From assembly GCF_044704955.1 (NCBI RefSeq), contig NC_092007.1:10292001-10356000 (forward strand): 64,000 nt of DNA, in the 5' to 3' direction. Both the position numbers and the translations under genes were made by a program. The notes beneath the pieces are model-generated. The model saw only the letters and a list, made by a program, of their open reading frames with translations. It was not told the origin of the DNA and made no database searches. How positions within the stretch are numbered: the first letter of the stretch is position 1; each line of letters opens with the position of its first letter. Shown piece after piece: positions 36,078-48,955 of this stretch. The stretch is from Pristiophorus japonicus (taxonomy: Eukaryota).

Positions 36078-38528
36078 TGTGGAAACAGCAATAATCATGG
36101 GTGATAATAACCTCCATATTGATTGGACAAATCAAATTGGTCAGGGCAGCCTTGAGGAAGAGTTCACAGAGTGCATAAGGGACAGGCTCCTTGAGCAGTA
36201 TGTAACAGAACCAACCAGATGGCAGGCTATCTTCGATCTGGTCCTGTGTAATGAGAAGGATTATTGTCCTAGTAAAGGATCCCCTTCGAATGAGTGATCA
36301 TAGCATGATTGAATTTCAAATTCAGATGGTGGGTGAGAAAGTTGGATCTCTAACCAGCGTACTAAGCTTAAATAAAGGAGACTATGAAGGTATGAGGGCA
36401 GAGTTGACTAAAGTAGACGGTTGATGAACAGTAGTGTAAATTTAAGGAGATATTTCATAACTCTCAAGAAAAATATATTCCAGTGAGGAGGAAAGGGTGT
36501 AAGAGAAAAGATAGCCACCGTGGCTAACTAAAGAAATAAAGGACGGCATTCAATTAAAAACAAGGTCATACAAAGTGGCCAAAACTAAATGGGAAACTTT
36601 TAAAATCCAGCAAAGAATGACTAAAAAAATGATTAAGAAAGAGAAGATAGACTATGAAAGTAAACTAGCACAAAATATAAAAACAGATAGCAAAAGTTTC
36701 TATAGGTATATAAAAAGGAAAAGAGTGGCTAAAGTAAATGTTGGTCCCTTGGAGGACGGGACCGGGGAACATGGAGATGGCAGAAACTCTGACCAAATAT
36801 TTTGTATCAGTCTTTACAGTAGAGGACACAAACAATATCCCAACAGTGGATAGTCAAGGGGCTATGGTGTGGGGCGGGGGGAGAGGAGGGGGCGGGGGGG
36901 GGGAGAAACTTAACACAATCACTAAGGAGGTGGTACTCAGTAAGATAATGTGACCAAAGTCAGATAAATCCCCTGGACCTGATGACTTGCATCCTAGGGT
37001 CTTGAGAAGTAGCGGCAGGGATTGTGGATGCATTGGCTGTAATTTACCAAAATTCCCTGGATTCTGGGGAGGTCCCAGCAGATTGGAAGACTGCAAATGT
37101 AACGCCCCTATTTAAAAAGGGAGGCAGACAAAAAGCAGGAAACTATAGACCAGTTAGCCCAACATCTGTGGTTGGGAAAATGTTGGAGTCCATTATTAAA
37201 GAAGCAGTAGCAGGACATTTGGAAAAGCATAATTTGGTCAGGCAGAGTCAGCATGGATTTATGAAGGGGAAGTCATGTTTGACAAATTTGCTGGAATTCT
37301 TTGAGGATGTAACGAAGAGGGTGGATAAAGGGGAACCAGTGGATGTGGTGTATTTGGACTTCCAGAAGGCATTTGACAAGGTACTGCATAAAAGGTTACT
37401 GCACAAGATAAAAGTTCACGGGGTTGGAGGTAATATATTAGCTTGGATAGAGGATTTGCTAACTAACAGAAAACAGAGACTCGGGATAAATGGGTCATTC
37501 TCGGGTTGGCAATCAGTAACTAGTGGGGTGTCGCAGGGATCAGTGCTGGGACCCCAACTATTTACAATCTATATTAACGACTTGGAAGAAGGGACCGAGT
37601 GTAACGTAGCCAAGTTTGTTGATGATACAAAGATGGGAGGAAAAGCAATGTGTGAGGAGGACACAAAATCTGCAAAAGGACATAGACAGGCTCAGTGAGT
37701 GGGAAAACATTTGGCAGGTGGAGTATAATGTTGGAAAGTGTGAGGTTATCCACTTTGGCAGAAAAAAATCAAAGAGCAAGTTATTATTTAAATGGAGAAA
37801 GATTGCAAAGTGCTGCAGTACAGAGGGACCTGGGGGTACTTGTGCATGAAACACAAAAGTACAGCAAGTGATCAGGAAGGCCAATGGAATCTTGGCCTTT
37901 ATTGCAAAGGGGATGGAGTATAAAAGCAGGGAAGTCTTGCTACAGTTATACAGGTATTGGTGAGGCCACACCTGGAATACTGTGTGCAGTTTTGGTTTCC
38001 ATATTTACGAAAGGATATACTTGCTTTGGAGGCAGTTCAGAGAAGGTTCACTCGGTTGATTCCGGAGATGAGGGGGTTGACTTATGAGGAAAGATTGAGG
38101 AGGTTGGGCCTCTACTCATTGGAATTCAGAAGAATGAGAGGTGATCTTATCGAAACGTATAAGATTATGAGGGGGCTTGACAAGGTGGATGCAGAGAGGA
38201 TGTTTCCACTGATGGGGGAGACTAGAACTAGGGGGCATGGTCTTAGAATAAGGGGCCGTCCATTTAAAACTGAGATGAGGAGGAATTTCTTCTCTCAGAG
38301 GGTTGTAAATCTGTGGAATTCTCTGCCCCAGAGAGCTATGGAAGCTGGGACATTGAATAAATTTAAGACAGAAATAGACAGTTTCTTAACCGATAAGGGA
38401 TTAAGGGGTTATAGGGAGGGGGCAGGAAAGTGGACCCGAGTTCATGATCAGATCAGCCAAGATCGCATTAAATGGTGGAGCAGGCTCGAGGGGCCGTATG
38501 GCCTGCTGCTGTTTCTTATGTTCTTATG
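36078..38528 (+). mobile_element. CR1 ORF2, 5'-truncated, defective
   Basis: Endonuclease end, RT (YLDFQKAFD, QGSVLGP), TTCTTATGTTCTTATG tail. Confidence 0.95.
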
Positions 38529-39065
38529 TGGTGACCAGAACTGCACCAAGTTCTCCAAGCTGCGGCCTAACCAGTGTTTTACACAGTTCAAGCATAACCT
38601 CCCTGCTCTTACATTCTATGCCTCAGTTAACCAAGGCAAGTATCTCGTAATCCTTCTGAACCACCTTTTCTACCTGACCTGCAACCTTCAGGGATCTGTG
38701 GACATACAAGGTCCCACTGTTCATCTACACTTCTCAGTATCCTGCCATTTATTGTGTATTCCTTTGTCTTGTTCGACTCACCTCACACTTCTCCAAGTTA
38801 AATTCCATTTGCCAATTCTCTGCCCAGCTGACCAGTCCATTGATATCTTCCCGCTGTCTAGCTCCCTTCCTCACGATCAACCACACAGCCAAGTTTTGTA
38901 TCCTCTGCAAACTTCTTCATCATTGAAGTCTAAATCATTGATATATATATAGGTGTGACGTCCGACATCCGGAAACCTCGGGACTGAGGCCATTCCGGGT
39001 AATTTCGGAACGTCTTTGCCTGGGATGGGGTGGGGGTGGGTGGGGAGGTCAGTCGGGTAGCCGGA

Positions 39066-39900
39066 GGTCGGAGGGGCGGTACTGAGGGAGCGCTGCACTG
39101 TCGGAGGGGCAGTACTGAGGGAGTGCCGCACTGTCGGAGGGGCAGTACTGAGGGAGTGCCGCACTGTCGGAGGGGCGGTACTGAGGGAGCGTCGCACTGT
39201 CGGAGGGGCAGTATGAGGGAGCGCCCCACTGTCGGAGGGGCGGTACTGAGGGAGCGCCGCACTGTCGGAGGGGCAGTACTGAGGGAGCGCCGCACTGTCG
39301 GAGGGGCAGCATGAGGGAGCGCCGCACTGTCGGAGGAGCAGTACTGAGGGAGCGCCGCACTGCAATGTCGGAGGAGCAGTACTGAGGGAGCGCCGCACTG
39401 TCGGAGGGGCAGTACTGAGGGAGTGCCGCACTGTCGGAGGGGCAGTACTGAGGGAGTGCCGCACTGTCGGAGAGGCGGTACTGAGGGAGCGCCGCACTGT
39501 CGGAGGGGCAGTACTGAGGGAGTGCCGTACTGTCGGAGGGGCAGTACTGAGGGAACGCCGCACTGTCGGAGGGGCAGTACTGAGGGAGCGCTGCACTGTC
39601 GGAGGGGCAGTACTGAGGGAGCGCCGCACTGTCAGAAGGGCAGTACTGAGGGAGCGCCGTACTGTCGGAGGGGCAGTACTGAAGGAGCGCCGCACTGTCG
39701 GAGGGGCAGTACTGAGGGATCGCCGCACCGTCGGAGGGGCAGTAGTGAGGGAGCGCCGCACTGTCGGAGGGGCGGTACTGAGGGAGCGCTGCACTTTCAG
39801 AGGGGCAGTGCTGAGGGAGCGCTGCACCATCAGAGGGGCAGTGCTGAGGGAGCGCTGCACCATTAGAGGGGCGGTAGTGAGGGAGCGCCACACCGCTGGA
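39066..39900. repeat. 33-bp SINE-derived minisatellite, about 25 units
   Basis: Unit GCACTGTCGGAGGGGCAGTACTGAGGGAGCGCC; runs directly into the SINE body. Confidence 0.95.
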
Positions 39901-40225
39901 GGTGCCATCTTTTGCCATGAGATGTTAAACCGACGTCTGCTCTCTTAAGGTGGACGTCAAAGATCCCACAGCCAATATTTCGAAGAAGAGCAGGGGCGAG
40001 TAATCCCCGGTGTCGTCGGAAATATTTGTTCCTCAACCAACATCACTAATACAGATTGTCCGGTCATTATCACATTGCTGTTTGTGAGAGCTTGCTGTGT
40101 GCAAATTGGCTGCCGTGCTTCACACATTGCAATCGTGACCACACTTCAAAAGTCCTTCACTGGCGGTGAAGTGCTTTGCGATGCCGAGGAGGAGAAAGGT
40201 GCTGTAGAAATGCAAGTCTGTCTTT
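39870..40225 (+). mobile_element. Deu-domain SINE (SacSINE1/AmnSINE1-like)
   Basis: GATGTTAAACCG...AAAGATCCCA...GAAGAAGAGCAGGGG...AAATTGGCTGCC...AAATGCAAGTC resembles the recalled consensus. Confidence 0.7.
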
Positions 40226-42079
40226 TCAGGGATGAGACCTGGGGTGTGAAGAACCAGTCTGAATGTACGGAAGGTTTAAGGACAATAATTGTGGGAAACT
40301 CTCTCTTAGCTCGACTGTTATTTTGCTGAAATAATTGTGAACTCGATCGCAGTGAGGGAGGGCCCCGTTATAATCCTCCCCCTTCCCATCTCTCTCTCCC
40401 CCCAAATTCCCCCCTCCTCTCTCTCATCTCTCCTGCTCTCTTCCTCCATTGGCAGCTGTGCCTTCAGCTGCCTGGGCCCTAAGCTCTGGAATTCCCTCCC
40501 TAAACCTCTCCACCTCCCTCGCTCCCCACCTTTAAGATGCTCCTTAAAACCCGCCTCTTTGACCAAGCTTTAGGTCACCTATCCCAATATCCCCTTACGT
40601 GGCTCGGTGTCAAATTTAGTCTGGTTAACTGCTCCTGTGAAGGGCCTTGGGCCCTAATAGGTGCTATATAAATGCAAGATGTTGCTGCGATTGACCTCCC
40701 GGAGATCACAGTGACAGTTGGGTACATTCCCAACTTCGTGCTGCTCCAGCCACTAACTCCTGGTTGTCTCGGTTACGCCCCTGGTGCAGCCCTGAACTAC
40801 AGGCCTGAGGCCTAGTCAAAGGCCTCCCAATAAAAAGACCCACAACAAAGCAGCACGCTTGGTACTCTCACCTGCTTCCACGCACCTCACTATAACCTGC
40901 AGTCCGACTAACCAGCTCTTCATCCTAAAGAGAGAAGAGACGAGAAGGTTTAGGGTCGAAGAATTTGGCTTTCGGCCTAAAAAACAGGCTCCAAGTTCAT
41001 CCTGTCACTTCCTTCAAATGCAAGTTGTTGGTGTTGCAGATTTTAATTTAAGTTCGGCGTGACATATTGTCAAAGTGAAGGTTCGGTAAATAATGGGAAC
41101 TGTGTGCCTGTGTGTCCATGTGATACCCCATCACCCCCAGGGAAGGGGGAGGATGGGGGCAGCTGGGATTCTACGCCCCCCCTCTCCCCTCAACAGTGTG
41201 ATTTGTCCCGAAATTCAGATCAGCATCGGGAGCACTGCGGAGTACTGTGCACAGTCTTGGTCGCCTTATCTAAGGAAGGACACATCTGCCATGGAGGCGG
41301 TTCAACGGAGGTTCACTGGATTGATTGCGGGATGAGAGGGCTGTCTTACGATGAGGGATTGTGTAGAACGGGCCTATACTCTCTGGAGTTGAGAAGAATG
41401 AGAGCTGATCTCATTGAATCGTGCAAGATTCTGAGAGGGATTGACAGGGTAGATGCTGAGAGGATGTTGCCCCCGGGCTGGGGACTCTAGAACCAGGGGT
41501 CACAGACTCAGGATAAGGGGTCGGCCATTTAGGACTGAGATGAGGAGGAATTTCTTGACTCAGAGGGTTGTAACTCTTTGGAATTCTCTGCTCCCGAGGG
41601 CTGTGGATGCTGAGTCTCTGAATATATTCAGGGCTGAGATCGAGAGATTTTTGGGGTCCAGAGTAATCAAGGGATATGGAGATCGGGCAGGAAATTGGAC
41701 TTGAGGTCGATTATCAGCCCTGATCGTGTTGAATGGCGGAGCAGGCTCGAAGGGCCATATGGTCAACTCCTGCTCCTGTTTCTTGGGTTCTTAAATTCCT
41801 CCTGGGACCCACTGGTGAGGCCTCAGCTGGAGTATTGTGTCCAATTCTGGGCGCCGCATGTTAGGAAAATGTCAAGGCCTTGCAGAGGGTGTGGAGGAGA
41901 AGCTGGGGCTGTTCTCCTTCGAACAGAGAAGGTTAAGAGGAGATTTGATTGAGGTGTTCAAAACCATGAGGGGTTTTGACAGAGTGAATCAGGAGACACT
42001 GTTTCCACAGGTCAGAGCCCCATAATCCAGGCTGACAATTCCAGATACATTACTCAGAGCGCTATACTGTCGGAGGGGC

Positions 42080-43521
42080 ACTCTCTCTCCCTGCATCCCT
42101 CTCCCTCTCTCTCCACTCCCTCTCTCTTTCTCCTTCCCTCTCACGCCCCACCACTCCCTCTTTCTACCCTCCCATTCGCTCACTCTTTCCCCTGCCCACT
42201 CTCCCTCTCTCTCCACCACCCCCTCTCTCTCACTCTTTCTCCCCCCCACTCTCGACCCTCCCCACCCCCNNNNNNNNNNNNNNNNNNNNNNNNNNNNNNN
42301 NNNNNNNNNNNNNNNNNNNNNNNNNNNNNNNNNNNNNNNNNNNNNNNNNNNNNNNNNNNNNNNNNNNNNNNNNNNNNNNNNNNNNNNNNNNNNNNNNNNN
42401 NCTCTATCTCTCCCCCCCAAAACTCCCTCTCTCTCTCTCTATCTCCCCCCCACTCTCTCTCTCTCTCTCTCCCCCCCACTCTCTCTCTCCCCCCCACTCT
42501 CTCTCTCCCCCCACTCTCTCTCTCCCCCCCACTCTCTCTCTCCCCCCCACTCTCTCTCTCCCCCCACTCTCTNNNNNNNNNNNNNNNNNNNNNNNNNNNN
42601 NNNNNNNNNNNNNNNNNNNNNNNNNNNNNNNNNNNNNNNNNNNNNNNNNNNNNNNNNNNNNNNNNNNNNNNNNNNNNNNNNNNNNNNNNNNNNNNNNNNN
42701 NNNNNNNNNNNNNNNNNNNNNNNNNNNNNNNNNNNNNNNNNNNNNNNNNNNNNNNNNNNNNNNNNNNNNNNNNNNNNNNACTCCCAATCTCTCTCCCCCC
42801 CACTCTCTCTCTCTCCCCCCACCCCCACTCTCTCTCTCTCTGTCTCTCTACCCCCCGTCTCTCCCCCCACTCCTCCCTCCCCCCAACACCCACTCTCTCC
42901 CCACCCACTCCCACCCTCTCCCCCCCCCCACTCTCACCCTCTCTTCGCCCCACACTCTCCCCCCCCTCGCACTCCCACTATCCCCCCCCCCAAATCCTAC
43001 TCTCCGTCCCCCACTCCCACTCTCTCTCCACCCACACCCCCAGTCTCTCTCCACCCACCCCCACTCTTCTCCCCCCTCCCCCACTCTCTCACTCTTTCTC
43101 CCCCCAATCGCGACCCTCCCACCCCCTCTCTCTCTCCCCGCCCCACTCTCTCTCTCTCTCTCCCCCCACTCTCTCTCTCCCCCCCACTCTCTCTCTCCCC
43201 CCACTCTCTTTCTCTCCCCCCCCCACTCCCTCTCTCTCCCACCGCCACTCTCTCTCTCCCCCCCACTCCCTCTCTCTCTCTTTCTCTATTTCCCCCCCAC
43301 ACTCTCTCTCTCTCTCTCCCCCACCTCTCTCTCTCTCTCTCTCCCCCCACTCTCTTTCTCTCTCCCCCCCACTCCCTCTCTCTCTCTCTCCCCCCCCACT
43401 CCCTCTCTCTCTCTTTCTCTATTTCCCCCCACACTCTCTCCCTCCCCCACCACACTCTCCCTTTCTCTCTCCTCTCTCTCTCTCTCTCTCTCCACCCCCC
43501 CCACTGTCTGTCTCCACCCGC

Positions 43522-43554
<33 letters not shown>

Positions 43555-44813
43555 CCCCCCACTCCCACTCTCTCTCCACCCCCCACTCCCACTCTCTCTC
43601 TCCTCCCCCACTCCCACTCTCTCTCCCTCCCCACTCTCTCTCTCCCCCCACCTACTCTCTCTCCTCCCCCACTCTCTCTCTCTCTCTCTCTCCCCCCCAC
43701 TCTCTCTCTCAACCCCCACTCCTCTCTCCCTCCACTCTCTCTCTCTCCCTCCACTCTCTCTCTCTCTCTCCCCCCACTCTCTCTCTCCCTCCACTCTCTC
43801 TCTCTCTCTCTCTCCCCCCACTCTCTCTCTCTTCCCCCCCCACTCTCTCTCCCCCCATTCTCTCTCTCTCCCCCCACTCTCTCTCTCTCCCCCCACTCTC
43901 TCTCTCCCCCCCCCCACTCTCTCTCTCTCCCCCCCACTCTCTCTCTCCCCCCCACTCCCATTCTCTCTCCCCCCCCCGCACTCCCATTCTCTCTCCCCCC
44001 CACTCCCAATCTCTCTCTCCCCCCCACTCCCAATCTCTCTCCCCCCCACCCCCACTCCCACTCTCTCTCTCTCTCTCCCACCCCAACACTGTCTCTCTCC
44101 CCCTCCGTCTCTCCCCCCCCCCACTCCTCCCTCCCCCCAACACCCACACTCTCCCCCCAACACCCACACTCTCCCCCCCCACTCCCACCCTCTCCCCCCC
44201 ACCCTGTCCCCCCCCCCCACTCCCACCCCCCCAAATCCCACTCTCCCCTCCCCAACTCCCACTCTCTCTACCACCCCACTCTCTTTCCACCCACACCCCC
44301 ACTCTCTCTCTCTCTCTCCCCCCACTCTCTCTCTCTCTCTCCCCCCCACTCTCTCTCTCCACACCCCCCCACTCTTTCTCTCCACCCCCCACTCTCTCTT
44401 CACCCCCCCCACTCTCTCTCTCTCTCTCTCTCTCTCCACCCCGCCCCCCACTCTCTATCTCTACCACCCCCACATTCTCTCTCTCTCTCTACCCCCTTCT
44501 CTCTATCCAGCCCCCCCACTCTCTCTCTCTCTCTCTCTCTACCCCCCCACTCTCTCTCTCTCTCTCCCCCCCCACTCATTCTCTCTCCCCCCTACTCCCA
44601 TTCTCTCACTCACNNNNNNNNNNNNNNNNNNNNNNNNNNNNNNNNNNNNNNNNNNNNNNNNNNNNNNNNNNNNNNNNNNNNNNNNNNNNNNNNNNNNNNN
44701 NNNNNNNNNNNNNNNNNNNNNNNNNNNNNNNNNNNNNNNNNNNNNNNNNNNNNNNNNNNNNNNNNNNNNNNNNNNNNNNNNNNNNNNNNNNNNNNNNNNN
44801 NNNNNNNNNNNNN
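42080..44813. repeat. CT-rich low-complexity tract with three N runs
   Basis: (CT)n/CCCCCA repeats; N runs near 42270-42401, 42573-42779 and 44614-44813. Confidence 0.95.
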
Positions 44814-45980
44814 CCCGTAACCCTTAATTCCCTTATTGCTTAAAAATCTATCTATCTTTGACTTGAAAACATTCAATGGGCCAGCCTCAACTGCTTCCTT
44901 GGGCAGAGAATTCCACAGATTCACAACCCTCTGGGAGAAGAAATTCCTTCTCAACTCGGTTTTAAATTGGCTCCCCCGTATTTTAAGGTTGTGCCCCCTA
45001 GTTCTAGTCTCCCCGACCAGTGGAAACAACCTCTCTGCCTCTATCTTGTCTATCCCTTTCATTATTTTAAATGTTTCTAAAAGATTCCCCCCTCATGAAT
45101 CCATGCTGCGTCTGCTTGATTGCACTATTCCTATCTAGATGTCCCGCTATTTCTTCTTTAATCATAGTTTCAAGCATTTTCCCGACTACAGATGTTAAAC
45201 TAACCGGCCTATAGTTACCTGCCTTTTGTCTGTACCCTTTTTTAAACAGAGGCGTTACATTCGCTGTTTTCTAATCCGCTGGTACCTCCCCAGAGTCCAG
45301 AGACTTTTGGCAGATTATAACGAATGCATCTGCTATAACTTCCGCCATCTCTTTTAATACCCTGGGATGCATTTCATCAGGACCAGGGGACTTGTCTACC
45401 TTGAGTCCCATTAGCCTGTCCAGCACTACCACTAGTGATAGTGATTGTCTCAAGGTCCTCCCTTCCCACATTCCCGTGACAAGCAATTTTTGGCATGGTT
45501 TTTGTCTTCCACCGTGAAGACCGAAGCAAAATAATTGTTTAAGGTCTCAGCCATTTCCACAATTCCCATTATTAAATCCCCCTTCTCATCTTCTAAGGGA
45601 CCAACATTTACTTTAGTCACTCTTTTCCATTTTATATATCTGTAAAAGCTTTTACTATCCGGTTTTATGTTTTGCACAAGTTCACCTTCGTAATCTATCT
45701 CCCTTTCTTTATTGCTTTCTTAGTCATTCTTTGCTGTCGTTTAAAATTTTCCCAATCTTCTAGTTTCCCACTAACCTTGGCCACCTTATACGCATTGGTT
45801 TTTAATTTGATACTCTCCTTTATTTCCTTGGCTATCCACGGCTGGTTATCCCTTCTCTTACCGCCCTTCTTTTTTACTGGAATATATTTTTGTTGCGCAC
45901 TATGAAAGAGCTCCTTAAAAGTCCTCCACTGTTCCTCAATTGTGCGACCGTTTAGTCTGTGTTTCCAGTCTACTTTAGCC
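44814..45980 (-). mobile_element. CR1 fragment with internal deletion, same subfamily as 12195-15597
   Basis: Matches about 13427-14315 joined near 45090 to about 15200-15478. Confidence 0.9.
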
Positions 45981-46162
45981 TCCCCCCCCATTTCTCTCTC
46001 TCCCCCCCTCCCCACTCTCTCTCTCTCTCCCCACTCTCTCTCTCTCTCTCTCTCCCCGCTACCCACTCTCTCGCTCCCCTCTCTCTCTCTCTCCCCTCTC
46101 TCTCTCCCACTCTCTCGCTCTCTCTTTCTCTCTCTCTCTATCCCACACTGCCCTCCCACTAC

Positions 46163-46180
46163 CTGCAGCGCCTGTCCCAT
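46163..46180 (-). CDS. Candidate first coding exon (MGQALQ, phase 0 donor)
   Basis: gcgATGGGACAGGCGCTGCAG/GTAGTG downstream of a CpG-rich promoter-like region; six codons only, so weak alone. Confidence 0.4.
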
Positions 46181-46189
46181 CGCTCGCTC

Positions 46190-46410
46190 TCCCCGGGGCC
46201 GCATTCCCGGAGGCGGTGAACGGGTGAGGATCGGACTCGGGGACTTTACAAACAATATGGGAGGGCGGGGGGATCTAATCCGGGCCGGCGGGGGGACCAA
46301 TCCGGGCTGACTCAGAGCTGCAATAAATCAGAGCCCCGCCCCCGAGCTGTTACACCGTGGGGGCGGGGCTCTGGTTTGCTGCAGCTCTGAGTCAGAATCT
46401 GTGCAGCACA
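46190..46410. promoter_or_regulatory. CpG-rich promoter-like region with GC boxes, CCAAT and two AP-1 sites in a 37-bp inverted repeat
   Basis: GGGCGG x3, CCAAT at 46297, TGACTCA at 46308 and TGAGTCA at 46388; arms 46307-46343 and 46359-46395. Confidence 0.6.
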
Positions 46411-46422
46411 ATCCGTCATCAG

Positions 46423-48955
46423 TCCCGGCACAGTACACTCCGCACTGGCTCACTCCCCCACAGTACACATCGCACCGGCTCACTCCCCCAAAGTACACTC
46501 CGCACTGGTTCACTCCGCCACAGTACACTCTGCACTGGTTCACTCCCCCACAGCACACTCTGCACTGGCTCACTCCCCCACAGCACACTCTGCACTGGTT
46601 CACTCCCCCACAGCACACTCCGCACTGGCTCACTCCCGGCACAGCACACTCCGCACTGGCTCACTCCCCCACAGTACACTCCGCACTGGCTCACTCCGCC
46701 ACAGTACACTCTGCACTGGTTCACTCCCCCACAGCACACTCCGCACTGGCTCACTCCGCCACAGCACACTCCGCACTGGTTCACTCCCCCACAGCACACT
46801 CCGCACTGGCTCACTCCGCCACAGCACACTCCGCACTGGTTCACTCCCCCACAGCACACTCCGCACTGGCTCACTCCCGGCACAGCACACTCCGCACTGG
46901 CTCACTCCCCCACAGTACACATCGCACCGGCTCACTCCCCCACAGTACACTCTGCACTGGTTCACTCCCCCACAGTACACTCCGCACTGGTTCACTCCGC
47001 CACAGTACACTCTGCACTGGCTCACTCCGCCACAGCACACTCTGCACTGGTTCACTCCCCCACAGCACACTCCGCACTGGCTCACTCCCGGCACAGCACA
47101 CTCCGCACTGGCTCACTCCCCCACAGTACACATCGCACCGGCTCACTCCCCCACAGTACACTCCGCACTGGCTCACTCCGCCACAGTACACTCCGCACTG
47201 GCTCACTCCGCCACAGTACACTCTGCACTGGTTCACTCCCCCACAGCACACTCCGCACTGGCTCACTCCCGGCACAGCACACTCCGCACTGGCTCACTTC
47301 CCCACAGTACACACCGCACTGGCTCACTCCGCCACAGTACACTCCGCACTGGTTCACTCCCCCACAGCACACTCCGCACTGGCTCACTCCCCCACAGCAC
47401 ACTCCGTACTGGCTCACTCCCCCACAGTACACTCTGCACTGGTTCACTCCCCCACAGTACACTCCGCACTGGTTCACTCCGCCACAGTACACTCTGCACT
47501 GGCTCACTCCGCCACAGCACACTCCGCACTGGTTCACTCCCCCACAGCACACTCCGCACTGGTTCACTCCCCCACAGCACACTCCGCACTGGCTCACTCC
47601 CCCACAGCACACTCCGCACTGGCTCACTCCGCCACAGCACACTCCGCACTGGCTCACTCCCCCACAGTACACTCCGCACTGGCTCACTCCGCCACAGTAC
47701 ACTCTGCACTGGTTCACTCCCCCACAGCACACTCCGCACTGGTTCACTCCGCCACAGCACACTCCGCACTGGCTCACTCCCCCACAGTACACTCCGCACT
47801 GGCTCACTCCCCCACAGCACACTCCGCACTGGCTCACTCCCCCACAGCACACTCCGCACTGGTTCACTCCCCCACAGCACACTCCGCACTGGCTCACTCC
47901 GCCACAGCACACTCCGCACTGGCTCACTCCCCCACAGTACACTCCGCACTGGCTCACTCCCCCACAGTACACACCGCACCGGCTCACTCCCCCACAGTAC
48001 ACTCCGCACTGGCTCACTCCCCCACAGTACACACCGCACTGGCTCACTCCGCTACAGTACACTCCACACTGGCTCACTCCCGGCACAGCACACACCGCAC
48101 TGGCTCACTCCCGGCACAGTACACTCCGCACTGGCTCACTCCCCCACAGCACACTCTGCACTGGCTCACTCGCGGCACAGCACACTCCGCACTGGCTCAC
48201 TACCCTACAGTACACTCCGCACTGGCTCACTCCCCCACAGTACACTCCGCACCGGGTCACTACCCCACAGTACACTCCGCACTGGCTCACTACCCCACAG
48301 TACACTCCGCACTGGCTCACTCCCCCACAGTACACTCCGCACCGGCTCACTCCCCCACAGTACACTCCGCACTGGCTCACTCCACCACAGTACACTCCGC
48401 ACTGGCTCACTCCCCCACAGCACACTCCGCACTGGCTCACTCCCCCACAGTACACTCCACACTGGCTCACTCCCGGCACAGTACACTCCGTACTGGCTCA
48501 CTCCACCACAGTACACTCCGCACTGGCTCACTCCCGGCACAGCACACTCCGCACTGGCTCACTCCCCCACAGTACACACCGCACTGGCTCACTCCCGGCA
48601 CAGTACACTCCGCACTGGCTCACTCCCGGCACAGCACACTCCGCACTGGCTCACTCCCCCACAGTACACTCCATACTGGCTCACTCCCCCACAGTACACT
48701 CCACACTGGCTCACTCCACCACAGTACACTCCGCACTGGCTCACTCCCGGCACAGTACACTCCGCACTGGCTCACTCCCCCACAGTACACACCGCACTGG
48801 CTCACTCCCGGCACAGTACACTCCGCACTGGCTCTCTACCCCACAGTACACTCCGTACTGGCTCACTACCCCACAGTACACTCCGCACTGGCTCACTCCC
48901 CCACAGTACACTCCGCACTGGCTCACTCCCCGCACAGCACACTCCGCACTGGTTC
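46423..48955. repeat. 30-bp satellite with occasional 31-bp units
   Basis: Unit CACAGYACACTCCGCACTGGYTCACTCCSC. Confidence 0.97.

Larger units (their letters stand above)
38803..42010 (-). repeat. Right arm of inverted segmental duplication
   Basis: Reverse complement of 10115-12194 plus 15605-15986; lacks the CR1 and has an expanded minisatellite. Confidence 0.95.

Noticed and set aside
39066-39900. CRISPR-like regular repeats (also 33535-34188 and the satellites)
   Set aside because: Head-to-tail units with no unique spacers, no cas genes, vertebrate context
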